Shown here piece after piece: positions 40,957 through 51,068 of a stretch of DNA of 64,000 nt; position 1 is the stretch's first letter; the number at the start of each line of letters is the position of its first letter. The position numbers were made by a program, and so were the translations under genes. Under the pieces are notes generated by a model that saw nothing but the letters and a program-made list of their open reading frames with translations, was not told where the DNA came from and did not search any database. Source of the DNA: Candidatus Eiseniibacteriota bacterium (lineage in GTDB: Bacteria; Eisenbacteria; RBG-16-71-46; CAIMUX01; VGJL01). Location: positions 224,001 through 288,000 of the forward strand of contig CAWBWI010000001.1 in the NCBI GenBank assembly GCA_963792585.1, read 5' to 3'.

Positions 40957-42474
40957 ATGAAGAGCCGCGAGCACTTCCGTTCCATTCACGTCCCGCGTCG
41001 GACTGACGATCGCCTTCGGCCTCCGGCCTCGAGCAGACTCTCCACCCGAACCCTCCCACCGCTGCTTGCGCTTTCATTGCTCCTTGGTTTAGCTGGTCAA
41101 GCCGGGGCGGTCACCTGGGGCGAGGATGTACGCCTCACGGATACCCTCGGACAGTCCGCTTCCCCGGTCGCTGCGCCAGATCCCTACGGTAATACCCACG
41201 TCGTTTGGCAGGACGACCGGGATGGCAACCTGGAAATCTACTACAAGCGCTGGGATGGATCATCGTGGGGGCCGGACGAACGCTTGACCGTACACGCGTC
41301 CACATCCGAACTTCCTTGGTTGGCGGCGGACGCACTTGGCCGGGTCCACGTCGTCTGGGACGACGCTCGAAACGGCACCCATCAGGTCTACTACAAGTGT
41401 TTTGACGGCGAGTGGAGTGCGGATGTGGCCATCACCGACAGCGCCGACGGGCCGTGGCAGGCCTGTGTGGCGACGGATCCTCTCTCCAATGTTCATGTGA
41501 TCTGGGTCGAAAGCACAACGACTGTCAACACGAACGTCTTCTATAGGTGCCGCGACGCGAATGGATGGGGCCCCGTCACCCGTCTCTCGACGGGTTCGAA
41601 CCATGCGTTCCGTGAGCGGATTGCCTGCGATATCCGAGGATGGGTCCACGTCGTGTGGCAGGACACTCGCGACGGAAACCTGGAGATCTATCACAGAGTC
41701 TGGAGAGACGGTGCCTGGGGGCCCGAGGAGCGGCTGACAGAGGATCCAATGGACTCGCAACGCCCCGCGATCGCCACGGATCTGACAGGGCGGATCCATG
41801 TCGTGTGGGCAGATGACTGGACCAGCGACTCCGAGATGTACTACAAGGTTTGGGATGAGGAGACTGGATGGTCCGCGGCGAGCCAGCTGACGGAATGCGC
41901 GGGAGCCTCCGGCTACCCCAGCGTCACGACTGACGGAGAGAACCGTGTGCATGTGGCCTGGACGGACGCGAGAGACGGCAATTCAGAGATCTACTACAAG
42001 AGTGGTGACGGAGGGATCTGGACCCCCGACGAACGCCTGACCCATGACCCTGCGGGGTCCGGACGTCCCTCGTTGATTGTCGATAGTCGCGGCCTTCTCC
42101 ATGTGTTTTGGTATGACCAACGTGACGGAAACGAGGAGATCTACGACAAGCAGGGGATCTCTCCTTCGGATGTGGCGCAGCAGGAAACACTGCCCGGAGA
42201 AGTCCGCGTTGACTGCGCGCCGAACCCCTTCCGGGGGCAGGTTCGACTCACATTTGAGGGGCCTCGGGCCAATCGAATCCAACTACTGATCCAAGATGCA
42301 GGTGGGCGGAGGATCCGAAGGTTCTCTGAAGTTAACCCCTCCCAAACTCGCTACATCAACTGGGATGGTAGGGACGATTCGGGGATCCAGGTTGGATCCG
42401 GCGTCTACTTCTGGCATGTCATAGATTCTTCTGGCGATGGAGGCCGATCCGGTTCCTTCGTCAAGATTAGATAG
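40957..42474 (+). CDS. Secreted beta-propeller-like repeat protein with FlgD-Ig tail
   Basis: 7 repeats of D..G.hHVhW.D.R.GN.EIYY....W....RLT; APNPF...WDGRDDSG..VGSGVYF. Confidence 0.87.
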   Translation: MKSREHFRSIHVPRRTDDRLRPPASSRLSTRTLPPLLALSLLLGLAGQAGAVTWGEDVRLTDTLGQSASPVAAPDPYGNTHVVWQDDRDGNLEIYYKRWDGSSWGPDERLTVHASTSELPWLAADALGRVHVVWDDARNGTHQVYYKCFDGEWSADVAITDSADGPWQACVATDPLSNVHVIWVESTTTVNTNVFYRCRDANGWGPVTRLSTGSNHAFRERIACDIRGWVHVVWQDTRDGNLEIYHRVWRDGAWGPEERLTEDPMDSQRPAIATDLTGRIHVVWADDWTSDSEMYYKVWDEETGWSAASQLTECAGASGYPSVTTDGENRVHVAWTDARDGNSEIYYKSGDGGIWTPDERLTHDPAGSGRPSLIVDSRGLLHVFWYDQRDGNEEIYDKQGISPSDVAQQETLPGEVRVDCAPNPFRGQVRLTFEGPRANRIQLLIQDAGGRRIRRFSEVNPSQTRYINWDGRDDSGIQVGSGVYFWHVIDSSGDGGRSGSFVKIR

Positions 42475-42801
42475 AATCGTCTCCAGACTGCCTCTCAGAC
42501 CACGGGATCTGGGCCCCTCCGGTGTCCGACCTACGTATCGCTTTACCGACCCCTCCTCCCACGCTACACTCAGACCCGCCTGGACCTCCTTCGTGCGTGC
42601 CCGAGGTGTCCACCTCGAACGAGATAACCCAGCCAGGCGAGGACGAAGAATGCGCCGCATGTGGCCGAAGCGATTTGGGTTGCTGACCGGTCCCGAGAGG
42701 GCCGGAAGAGCCGTGCCTCACCTTGCCGACCTGACCCGCCATGAACGGCGTCCATCCGCCATATCCTTGTCCAGGTCATCTACCGTTAGATTGGGTAGCC
42801 C

Positions 42802-43218
42802 ATGACCGCGATGAGCATGGGCCGAACCGCCTCCATAGTCCTTGGAGTCACGCTGGCTTTCATGCTCTGCCTGACGCAATCCGGCTGTGATGGGGAGAAG
42901 AGCCCAACTGGGGTGCGGGGCTTTTGCTGGATGGGCGTGGACACACTCTATGCGAGTGGCTTTGCCGTCACTGACACAACTGTCGTCCGCGCGGCCTTCG
43001 AAGCCTACATAGCCTTCGTTGACTCGACTGCTGCCGAGTTCCCTGGGGAATCAGATTGGACATACCTCGCCTCCCGTCCCTATTGGGTCTGGCGCGGACG
43101 AAGGTACTGGCAAGTCGACCACGAGGCCTACTCCCCTATTCTTGACATGAGGCTCTCGCGTCGAAAGACCTATGTTGATGAGAACGGAATGGTCGTGTGG
43201 CCGTTTCATTGCATTTGA
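42802..43218 (+). CDS. Hypothetical lipoprotein (cassette 1)
   Basis: Hydrophobic N-terminus with QSG-C; starts 17 nt after the G of GTTAGAT (42785). Confidence 0.65.
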   Translation: MTAMSMGRTASIVLGVTLAFMLCLTQSGCDGEKSPTGVRGFCWMGVDTLYASGFAVTDTTVVRAAFEAYIAFVDSTAAEFPGESDWTYLASRPYWVWRGRRYWQVDHEAYSPILDMRLSRRKTYVDENGMVVWPFHCI

Positions 43219-43237
43219 GGGTGTCCATGATGCTCCA

Positions 43238-43368
43238 ATCTAGAAACCGTATTCACCTGACGCGCTGGCCCGTCACGGCCCTGGCAGAGAAGCATAGAAG
43301 GTCAAACCATCACCTCGGGCTGCGAGGGCCGTGCAGGCCTCGGGACACGGGTGATGGGAACGTTATGC
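43238..43368 (+). repeat. attC-like site 1 (131 bp)
   Basis: Degenerate R'' ATCTAGA, ATTCACC...GGTGAT, perfect stem CACGGCCCT/AGGGCCGTG, R' GTTATGC. Confidence 0.72.
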
Positions 43369-43386
43369 GCAAATGGAGAAGCGTTA

Positions 43387-44259
43387 ATGTCGCCTAATGA
43401 ATTCTCCCTGGTCTCCCTTGGGCCACTCACCCGACCCCTGACGAAGCTAATCGAGACGATCGGAGACGCCATAGGGGTCCTGTATGAGCCCACGCGGATT
43501 CGAAGGAAGGCAGAGGCTGAGGCCTCCGCCCTCATAATACAATCCCAAGCGGAAGCGGTAGCCGACTCGCTCGCACAGCGCGCCAATCGTCGCGTATGCC
43601 ATCAAGAGGAGAGACGCCAGACCAACCTTGAGAGCATTGTTGGAGTCGCCGCAACTAACCTCCCTGAGGTTGTATCAGACGATCCCGTTTCGCAAGACTG
43701 GGTCGCACACTTCATTGGTGCAGCTCAAGATGTCGGTGACGCGGAACTCCAGAGACTCTGGAGCAGAGTCCTTGCTGGCGAGGTGACGACACCAGGATCC
43801 TATTCGCGACGCACCATTGAGAGTCTGCGTATGGCAAGTCGGGATGACGGACGCCTCTTTGAGATTGCTGCGAACCATGCCACGAGACTTGCCGACCGCT
43901 CGGTCATCATAACAAACGCGACATGTCGAGAATATCTCCAAGGCGCTGGGCTATACGCGGCAGCATGCGACCATCTCATCGCCATCGGACTTCTTAGAGA
44001 TGGGCTAGTCTTTCCCCTAAAGAAGGACTCTCCTGTTCAGATTTCCTACTTCCTCAATGCGTGCGCAGTCGTTGCCGCCGCGGATGGGAAGAGCTGGAAT
44101 GCCAACATCGATTTCTACCACTTCACCGCGACTGGTGAGGAGATCTTGCGTCTGTGCCAAACGACATTTCAGCAGGGATACTGGGATGCGGTTATAGCAG
44201 CACTGCGGGCCAATGATGCACTGGTTGTAACCGTTATTGAGACTAGGACCTCCCAATGA
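43387..44259 (+). CDS. DUF2806-like protein (cassette 2)
   Basis: E.RRQ.NLESI, V..DW...F...AQDV....LQ.LW..VLAGEV..PGSYS.RT. Confidence 0.82.
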   Translation: MSPNEFSLVSLGPLTRPLTKLIETIGDAIGVLYEPTRIRRKAEAEASALIIQSQAEAVADSLAQRANRRVCHQEERRQTNLESIVGVAATNLPEVVSDDPVSQDWVAHFIGAAQDVGDAELQRLWSRVLAGEVTTPGSYSRRTIESLRMASRDDGRLFEIAANHATRLADRSVIITNATCREYLQGAGLYAAACDHLIAIGLLRDGLVFPLKKDSPVQISYFLNACAVVAAADGKSWNANIDFYHFTATGEEILRLCQTTFQQGYWDAVIAALRANDALVVTVIETRTSQ

Positions 44260-44269
44260 TAATAGGGGC

Positions 44270-44400
44270 GTATCAGTCTCGCATTCACTTGCCCGGCTGG
44301 TCCGTCACGGCCCCGGTAGGAGAACGCAAGAGGTTGAACGATCACCTCGGGCTGCTGGGGCCGCGGCGACGTCAGCTCGCAGATGATGCCAACGTTGGTC
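44270..44400 (+). repeat. attC-like site 2 (131 bp)
   Basis: Colinear with site 1 at offset 1032; shares ATCACCTCGGGCTGC exactly; R' GTTGGTC. Confidence 0.72.
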
Positions 44401-44416
44401 GGAACGGACGTGCTAC

Positions 44417-45193
44417 ATGAGGCGGAAGCTCTGGAGAGTTGGGAAGTTCGTGCTCGGTCTCTTGACGGCGGCCGTCGCGATAATTCAGATCGCGTCGTGG
44501 ATCGGCGCACCTCGCTCAAGTCTCGTAGCGGACGTCAGCTTTGCCCCGCTCACGCTCCCAGACGCCCTCGACAAGCAGATCAGGGGCTTTCGCGACCTAA
44601 CCAGTGATTCCGTTCTCGCCCGGGGGGTGACTCGCGAGTACCTGGACCCGAAACTGATTGAGCGATACGGTGCAGATTACGTAGCTCGGCTGACGGTTGC
44701 AGCGATCGCGCGCCAACTGTCGGACCGTCTCCCTTATGGACTCCCCGAGCCTTTCCGTGACTTCAGAGGAGTGTGGCGCGTGGCCGTGGAGAACCGAGGG
44801 CGACGCGCGGCGTCCGGCGTGCGCCTGCTTCTTCCGAACGCGATCTATGCTCGCATACGTCATGAAGACGGCACTGAGTCCGAGGGACCAACTTCCCCCC
44901 TGCTTTATCTCAACGACTTAGCTCCGAAGGAGATAATGGTTGTCGATGCCTGGACGGACATTGAACCAGGAGAATTCATTGCGAGATCCATCAGACTCAC
45001 GCACGACTCCGGACTTGGCAGAGTCCGCCTTTCGGTTCCAACCAGCGGGGCGTGGCACTGGCTCTCGGAAAACCCTGGAACAGCACTTTGGCTCGTCGCC
45101 AGCGTTTGCATGTTCCTCGTCTCTCTCTACTCTTTCTTTCGTACTGCAAGACCGAGCCAACCAACAGAGGCGAAGCATGCAGGAGCCGACTAG
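44417..45193 (+). CDS. Hypothetical membrane protein with N- and C-terminal TM helices (cassette 3)
   Basis: Two hydrophobic segments; stop codon overlaps the R'' box of the next repeat. Confidence 0.7.
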   Translation: MRRKLWRVGKFVLGLLTAAVAIIQIASWIGAPRSSLVADVSFAPLTLPDALDKQIRGFRDLTSDSVLARGVTREYLDPKLIERYGADYVARLTVAAIARQLSDRLPYGLPEPFRDFRGVWRVAVENRGRRAASGVRLLLPNAIYARIRHEDGTESEGPTSPLLYLNDLAPKEIMVVDAWTDIEPGEFIARSIRLTHDSGLGRVRLSVPTSGAWHWLSENPGTALWLVASVCMFLVSLYSFFRTARPSQPTEAKHAGAD

Positions 45194-45318
45194 CTGCCGC
45201 ATTCACCCTCCCGCGCTGGGCCGTCGCGGGCCCGGCAAGACAGCATACAAGCAGGATTATCCCCTGAAGTCGTCACGGACGCGCCGGACGCGATAGGCGA
45301 TAGTGGGAGCAGTGGATC
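45188..45318 (+). repeat. attC-like site 3 (right half degenerate)
   Basis: GACTAGC-TGCCGC-ATTCACC..CGCGCTGG.CCGTC matches the left arms of sites 1 and 2. Confidence 0.55.
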
Positions 45319-45356
45319 AAAGAGATCCGCTATGGTGAATTGGAGGACCCAGTAAA

Positions 45357-46553
45357 ATGATACCTACTGCGCCAGTTGTCATGATTAGTTCCACGTTCTT
45401 CGACTTGAAACAAATCCGGTCGGATCTAACGAACTTCCTGACGACCGAAATGGGATATCAGGCGCTGCTCTCGGAGTTGGATTCGTTCCCGATTGATCCA
45501 GATGTGTCGACGGTCGAGAACTGCCGGCGACGGGTCGAGCTAGATGCCAATATTCTCGTCCTCGTCATCGGGGGCCGGTTTGGATCGATGGACAAGGGCA
45601 CGGGGACATCTGTGACCAACCTCGAATATCTCGCGGCTCGGGCCAAAGGAATCCCCATATATGCATACGTAGAGAAGCGAGTGCTTGCAATGTTGCCCCT
45701 CTGGAGGCGCAACCCAGATATGGACTTTGGGACCGAGATCGATGATGCGAGGCTCCTGAAGTTTGTCGAGCAGGTCAGAACGATCGATGGAGTGTGGATG
45801 CAAGAGTTCGAGACTGCGCAACACATTGTCACGAGCCTTCGCAGTCAATTCGCCCATCTTGCACGGCAGGGTGTCTCCTGGTTCATGATGACCAGTTCTC
45901 AGAAGATGGCAGGAATCGCCAGGAATCTGTCGGGGGAGGCGCTTCGGCTGTGTCTACAGAAGCCGACCGCTTGGGAGTACCTACTTTTGGGTCAGGTGAT
46001 CGAGGACGGAATCGATGAAGTCAGAGATCTTAGGATGGAATATCAGCTTGGACTTGCCATCGGCATCGCCGAGTATGTCCCGGAATTCGATATGCAGTCA
46101 TGGAGCCGCCCCCGCATGGCGGAGCTGAATCGAATCATTGCTGCGTTGCACATCATGTTTGGGAACGAACTGCGCGAAGCAACGGGACCTCCTGGCGCAC
46201 CCGGTGACGCTGCCCGCATAGTCTTCCTCGCGAAGGGAATCGTTGCATGCTACGTGGAAGCCTTGAGCTGGAGTCAACGAATTCGGCGAGCAGCTCCACA
46301 TGAAGCGTTCGCTCCGGCGGTAAAGGAGATGGCACGTTTTGCGGATGACCTGATCGAGAAGGTCGGGGGGTACGGAAGGTTGTTGATTGATCGAACGAAT
46401 GAAGCAGTCCCGAGAATGCTCGAGGGTGAGCACGTAACCATCGAGGCGAATCTGCAGGTAGACTTCGGAGGAAACGTCGAGGCGTTCAAAGTCGCTCTGA
46501 AGGCGGGCGCCGCAAAGCTCGGCATACCGTGGGAGGGTGACGCCTCTGAATAG
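45357..46553 (+). CDS. DUF4062 (TIR-like) domain protein
   Basis: VMISSTFFDL...R, ENC...V, LVLVIGGRFGS, SVTNLEY..A...GIPI. Confidence 0.87.
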   Translation: MIPTAPVVMISSTFFDLKQIRSDLTNFLTTEMGYQALLSELDSFPIDPDVSTVENCRRRVELDANILVLVIGGRFGSMDKGTGTSVTNLEYLAARAKGIPIYAYVEKRVLAMLPLWRRNPDMDFGTEIDDARLLKFVEQVRTIDGVWMQEFETAQHIVTSLRSQFAHLARQGVSWFMMTSSQKMAGIARNLSGEALRLCLQKPTAWEYLLLGQVIEDGIDEVRDLRMEYQLGLAIGIAEYVPEFDMQSWSRPRMAELNRIIAALHIMFGNELREATGPPGAPGDAARIVFLAKGIVACYVEALSWSQRIRRAAPHEAFAPAVKEMARFADDLIEKVGGYGRLLIDRTNEAVPRMLEGEHVTIEANLQVDFGGNVEAFKVALKAGAAKLGIPWEGDASE

Positions 46554-46765
46554 ACGGAACCGCTTGGCGGGAGTCTTCAAACAACCGGGACCCATCGATA
46601 GATGTGGAGAGCTGGCCGTTCTGCGGGTAGGGAGCACCCCGATGTAAGAAGGAGCCCGTAGGCGGGGCGCTCCACTCGCATCAGACCATGCGCGGTCAGG
46701 TCGCGCAGGAGGCACTCCGCCATAGTGGTTCTGTTGGTGATTGCCCAAGGCGAGGAGGACTGACG

Positions 46766-47044
46766 ATGAGGATCAGCTTTGCCCATATTCGCGAACGAGC
46801 GACTTCTGGAGGCTGGATTGATTTTGCGGTGTTCGATGCCCATTCTACCTCAAGCACCGACGAGGCGAACGCGGAGGTTCTTGGCGAACTCACCACGAAG
46901 GCCAGGCTAGCCGGGTTCAAGATTGACCAGTCCGCATTGGCATTCAGTGAACATGGCAGCGTGAAGTTCTACGGAACGAAGAACCTCGTCGAACACCTAG
47001 CGAAGGTCGGACTTCCGCCGTGGACCCATTGGATAGACCTGTAG
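46766..47044 (+). CDS. Small hypothetical protein
   Basis: GAGGAGG RBS then ATG; 92 aa. Confidence 0.7.
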   Translation: MRISFAHIRERATSGGWIDFAVFDAHSTSSTDEANAEVLGELTTKARLAGFKIDQSALAFSEHGSVKFYGTKNLVEHLAKVGLPPWTHWIDL

Positions 47045-47405
47045 GCCCTCCTTGGGGCAGGTGGCGTTCGTGAGACAAGGACGGAGCGGGACGTAGAAAG
47101 GGTTTGATGGGGTGGTTCCCGACGAATGCGATTTCAGAAGGCTGGAGGAATGTCGGTTCGGGGGCAACCGTGAGAACATGCTAGCGGGCTGCCCTTCTGT
47201 AGATCCTGCGCATCGCGGTTCACTCACCGCATCGGTACATATCATCAGACAGCGGCCCGGCCGCAAAGCGGAGGGCGTTGTGGGTGTTGCGAAGGCAACC
47301 CTGAGGCGCGTTTTCGTGTTTTGCCCGCCGAATCGCAAGGCCCATGGGAACTACCGATCCGGGAAGGTTGCGCACCAGCATGGGCGGGCATATCCTGCGG
47401 TACTG

Positions 47406-47930
47406 ATGACCGCGAAGCCTCCCGACCGCTCGTCTCGGATGCTGGAAATCCTCAGACAAGCGAAGACCCTTGCCCGGGAGTACTACGCCCTTACAGGGCG
47501 GCCCCTGGGCATCACAGGGGAAGTGGCGGAGCTCGAAGCAGCGAGACTGCTCGGAGTCGAACTCGCGGATGTCCGGCAATCCGGATTCGATGCCATTCGG
47601 CGGTCCGGAGAAGGTGTCGTCAGGCTGCAGATCAAGGGGCGCTGCTACGGGCCTGATGCGAAGCCTGGCCAGCGGCTCGGGTCAATTCAGCTTGCGAAGG
47701 AGTGGGATGCCGTCCTCCTGGTGTTGCTCGATCTTGACTACGAGGCTCGCGAGATCTGGGAGGCGGATCGAAGATCAATCACCGAAGCACTCACGAAGCC
47801 TGGCTCCATCGCACGAAACCAACGAGGCGCGTTGGGCGTTCAGCAGTTCAAACGAATCGGCAGGCAGGTATGGAAGAGCGATGCGATCTCGGCGAATGAT
47901 CAAGCTTCAGGTGACGTGGGAGACATCTGA
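47406..47930 (+). CDS. DUF6998-like PD-(D/E)xK nuclease-fold protein
   Basis: YY.LTGRPLGITGEVAE..AA, GFDA, LQIKGR. Confidence 0.75.
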   Translation: MTAKPPDRSSRMLEILRQAKTLAREYYALTGRPLGITGEVAELEAARLLGVELADVRQSGFDAIRRSGEGVVRLQIKGRCYGPDAKPGQRLGSIQLAKEWDAVLLVLLDLDYEAREIWEADRRSITEALTKPGSIARNQRGALGVQQFKRIGRQVWKSDAISANDQASGDVGDI

Positions 47931-47989
47931 CATGTGGATCGGCCACATTGAGACGAGGCTTCACGTCAGCCGGTAATAGGGGGTTGGTC

Positions 47990-48992
47990 TTGCGCTTGCC
48001 CGACTACGTTCCACCCCATGCATTTGTTCTTGGAAGCGGCTTCTCCGCAAGCTTTGGGATCAAGACTCTCACGGGCCTCTTCGCTGCCGTTATGCAAGGC
48101 GAGGCTCGCGAAGGAGAGGAAGACGAAGCAGTCATCAATGGTGCGGTGGGAACCCTCTACCCCCACTTCCGACCAGAGCTTTCACCACCACATTATCCTC
48201 CCTTCGAGGAAATTCTACAGTCTCGTCGATTCTGCTATGGAGTTTGAGTTCCTGGACGCGGGCCACTGGGAAGACGTTCGTTTGAGATCCCTGAGACTCC
48301 TAACCGACTACTTGGCGTCGGCGGGCCAGGCGGGCGAGGGACATGAAGCGCTCCAAGCCTTTGTGAAGAAACTGCGACCAGGCGATGTTGTGATTACCTT
48401 CAATTGGGACAATCTGATCGAGAGAGCCCTCTACCTGCTCGGGACGGAGGTTTCTTTCACCGCCGATCCCGCGAAGATCACCGTGCTCAAGCTGCACGGG
48501 AGTATCAATTGGTTCGAACCTCCTTCGGGAACTGCTGCGAAGACCCCAGAACTTGTGGAGACACTCACCGAGGGGATACTCCGTACCAAGGACTATCGCT
48601 ATTACGATGTGTGGACGGGCTTGAATAGACCGCCACTGATTCTGCCCCCGGTGGCCTGGAAGCGAATTCGCTCCACGCCGTTCTTCGGAGCCCTTTGGAC
48701 GATGGCGGTGCGAGCCCTAGTTCGAGCGAGACAGGTGGCTTTCATTGGCTATTCGATTCCGCGTGACGATCTCCAAGCGCGCGCTCTCCTCACTACGGGA
48801 TGGGGGGCTCGTCGCATTGGTAGTATGGTCCAAGACCAGCCAACGCTCGAGTACACCCTCGTTGACCCTGAGCCGAGCATTTGTGGCAGGTACGCATCTC
48901 TGCTACAACCAACGGTGCGCTACATCCAGGCGGAGTTCAGCGCGGATTGCATTCCCCTGCTCTTCCATGAAGACGCTGTGGAAGCCTCATGA
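47990..48992 (+). CDS. SIR2-like domain protein; frameshift near 48213
   Basis: FVLGSGFS in the first frame; ITFNWD.LIE, LKLHGSINW and FIGYS...D in the second. Confidence 0.82.
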
Positions 48993-49028
48993 GAATGCCC
49001 CAAAGCGGCTGCCTCGTTCGGGAAGCTA

Positions 49029-49526
49029 TCACGAGGGGCTTGATGGCTGCGTGCACCCTCCGGCCTTGGTCCTGCCGAGATGCGGCTGGAGGACTTGCTC
49101 CCACATTCTTGACTGCGTACTCCAGTCCACCTCGGCCACGATGCCTCGCAGGCTTCGCTCCGTGACGACATCGCGGCCTCCATGCACCTGGGGCATGAAC
49201 AGGATCGCCTCCTGGATGGATGGCGCGAGATCGAGTAGTGCCATGATCTGGGAGACCCGCGCCTTGCTAACGCCGCCGAGCCGGGCGATGTCCCCACATT
49301 CGCGGATGGCACCCTTTCGAATCATGCCATCGAAGTGGATCGCCAGCGCCATGAGGCGGGAGATGCGAGGGATGCGCCCCGGCTCGGCGGCCTTCGGCGG
49401 TTTGGGCGTCCCCGTGCGCATCCGTTTTCGACCACGGTTCCCACTCCGGAAGTGGACGTCGAACGTGACCGTCGGGCCCACGTGTGCGCCCGTGTGCGCG
49501 CCTGGGGCCACCTGTCGTGCCTTCAT
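49029..49526 (-). CDS. HTH protein coupled to the serine recombinase
   Basis: RLMALAIHF...IARLGGVSKARVSQIMALLDLAPSIQEAIL; 4-bp overlap with the recombinase stop. Confidence 0.8.
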   Translation of the reverse strand: MKARQVAPGAHTGAHVGPTVTFDVHFRSGNRGRKRMRTGTPKPPKAAEPGRIPRISRLMALAIHFDGMIRKGAIRECGDIARLGGVSKARVSQIMALLDLAPSIQEAILFMPQVHGGRDVVTERSLRGIVAEVDWSTQSRMWEQVLQPHLGRTKAGGCTQPSSPS

Positions 49527-51068
49527 CCCATCTCCTGCGCCAGGACCTTGATCCCGCCCGGCCGGAACGTCACGGAGACCGTCTCGCCCGCCCGGTCATA
49601 CGCCACGCGTTCCACGAGGAGGTGGACGACGCGGGCCTGTTCCCTCGGAGAGAGGGTGTCCCAGATCGGGTCGAAGCTCGCGAGTGCCGTCACCAGGTCC
49701 GCTTCGTCAAGCCGCTCGCGTTCCAGCGCGACTTGGTGGGTGCGAATCTCCGCGAGCCGCTGCTCTGCGGCGGTGGTCAGTTCCTGCAGTTCGGCCAGCC
49801 GGGCCGTGGACGTTGACGCACGCTTGGTCAATCCCACAAGTCGCTTCACATCAGTGGCGTGCCGTCTCAATTCCGATTCAATGCTGCGGCGATCCGAGGT
49901 CAGACGGTCAGCTTGCTCTTTGGTGGCGGCCTTCGCTTGTTTCAGCACCTCGGCCTGGAGCGTCGCGTCGGTACCGATCGCCCGAACGCGGTCGACCACG
50001 AATTTCTCGATCTCCCCCGCTGGAAGTGACTTCGTCGGGCAGGTGTCCCATCCCTGCTTCTGCGCCCGGCTGCAGACGTAGTACCGGTACCGGCGCTCGC
50101 CCCGCTGTGAGTAGGTGTGCGTCATCGCGGCATCGCAGGGTGCGCAGCGGAGGAGCCCCCGGAGCAGCGCCCCGTGCCGGTTTCGGGTCGCCCGTCCGCC
50201 CGATCGGCCGTTGTGTCGCAGGAGCCTCTGCACACGGCCCCAGACGGCCTCATCCACGATCGCCGCGTGCTCGCCGGGATAGACCGTGCCTCGGTGGTCG
50301 ACCTTCCCGACGTAGGTCGGACTCGTCAGCAGGTGGAAGAGGGTGTTCTTCTCGAACGGGGTGCCGCCTCGCGCCTTGCCCTTCTTGGTGACCCACGCCT
50401 TCGTCATCCAATGGCGACGATTCGCCTCCCGGAGGGTCTCCGTAAGAGACTCCTTCTCGAGGTACAGATCGAAGATCCCCCGGACCCGCTTGGCCTCGGC
50501 CTCGTTGACGACGATTCGTCCGCCCTTTGGGTCGACGTCGTAGCCGAGGACCGGGACGCCACCGACCCACTTGCCCTTCCGGCGAGCGGCGGACATCTTG
50601 TCCCGCGTTCTTTCCGCGATGATCTCGCGCTCGAACTGGGCGAAGGAGAGGAGCACGTTCTGCATCAGCCGGCCAGTGGAGGTCGACGTGTTGAACTGCT
50701 GGGTCACGCTCGACGAAAGAGACCCGGTGCTTGTCCAGGACCTCCATGATCCGGGCGAAATCGAGGAGCGACCGGGACAGCCGGTCGACCTTGTAGACAA
50801 CGACGCAGTCGATGCGCCCCGCCTCGACGTCGGCCATCAGCCGCCTCAGCGCGGGCCGGTCCATGTTCCCGCCCGTGAACCCACCGTCGTCGTAGGCGTC
50901 GGGCAGGCAGACCCAGCCTTCAAGCTTCTGGGATGCGATGTACGCTTCAGCCGCCTCCCGCTGGGCATCGAGGGAGTTGAACTCCTGGTCGAGCCCCTCC
51001 TCTGTGGATTTGCGGGTGTACACGGCGCAGCGGGTCGTGGTGGGCTTGGGGTCAGCGCGGCGGATCAT
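49523..51068 (-). CDS. Large serine recombinase (integrase); frameshift near 50710
   Basis: AVYTRKS catalytic Ser, [28 protein letters not shown]...ER, Zn ribbon CAPC...YYVC...C, coiled coil. Confidence 0.93.

Larger units (their letters stand above)
42785..45318 (+). mobile_element. Integron-like gene cassette array without an integrase (CALIN-like), at least 3 cassettes
   Basis: Each gene starts just after a GTT box and is followed by a homologous attC-like repeat. Confidence 0.72.

Noticed and set aside
47045..47405. attL/attR of the serine integrase or an ncRNA in this gap
   Set aside because: No matching second copy or recognisable structure could be established by eye.
45357..48992. 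Thoeris system (TIR + SIR2)
   Set aside because: The SIR2 protein has no evident SLOG domain, and the genes are separated by two ORFs and long gaps.
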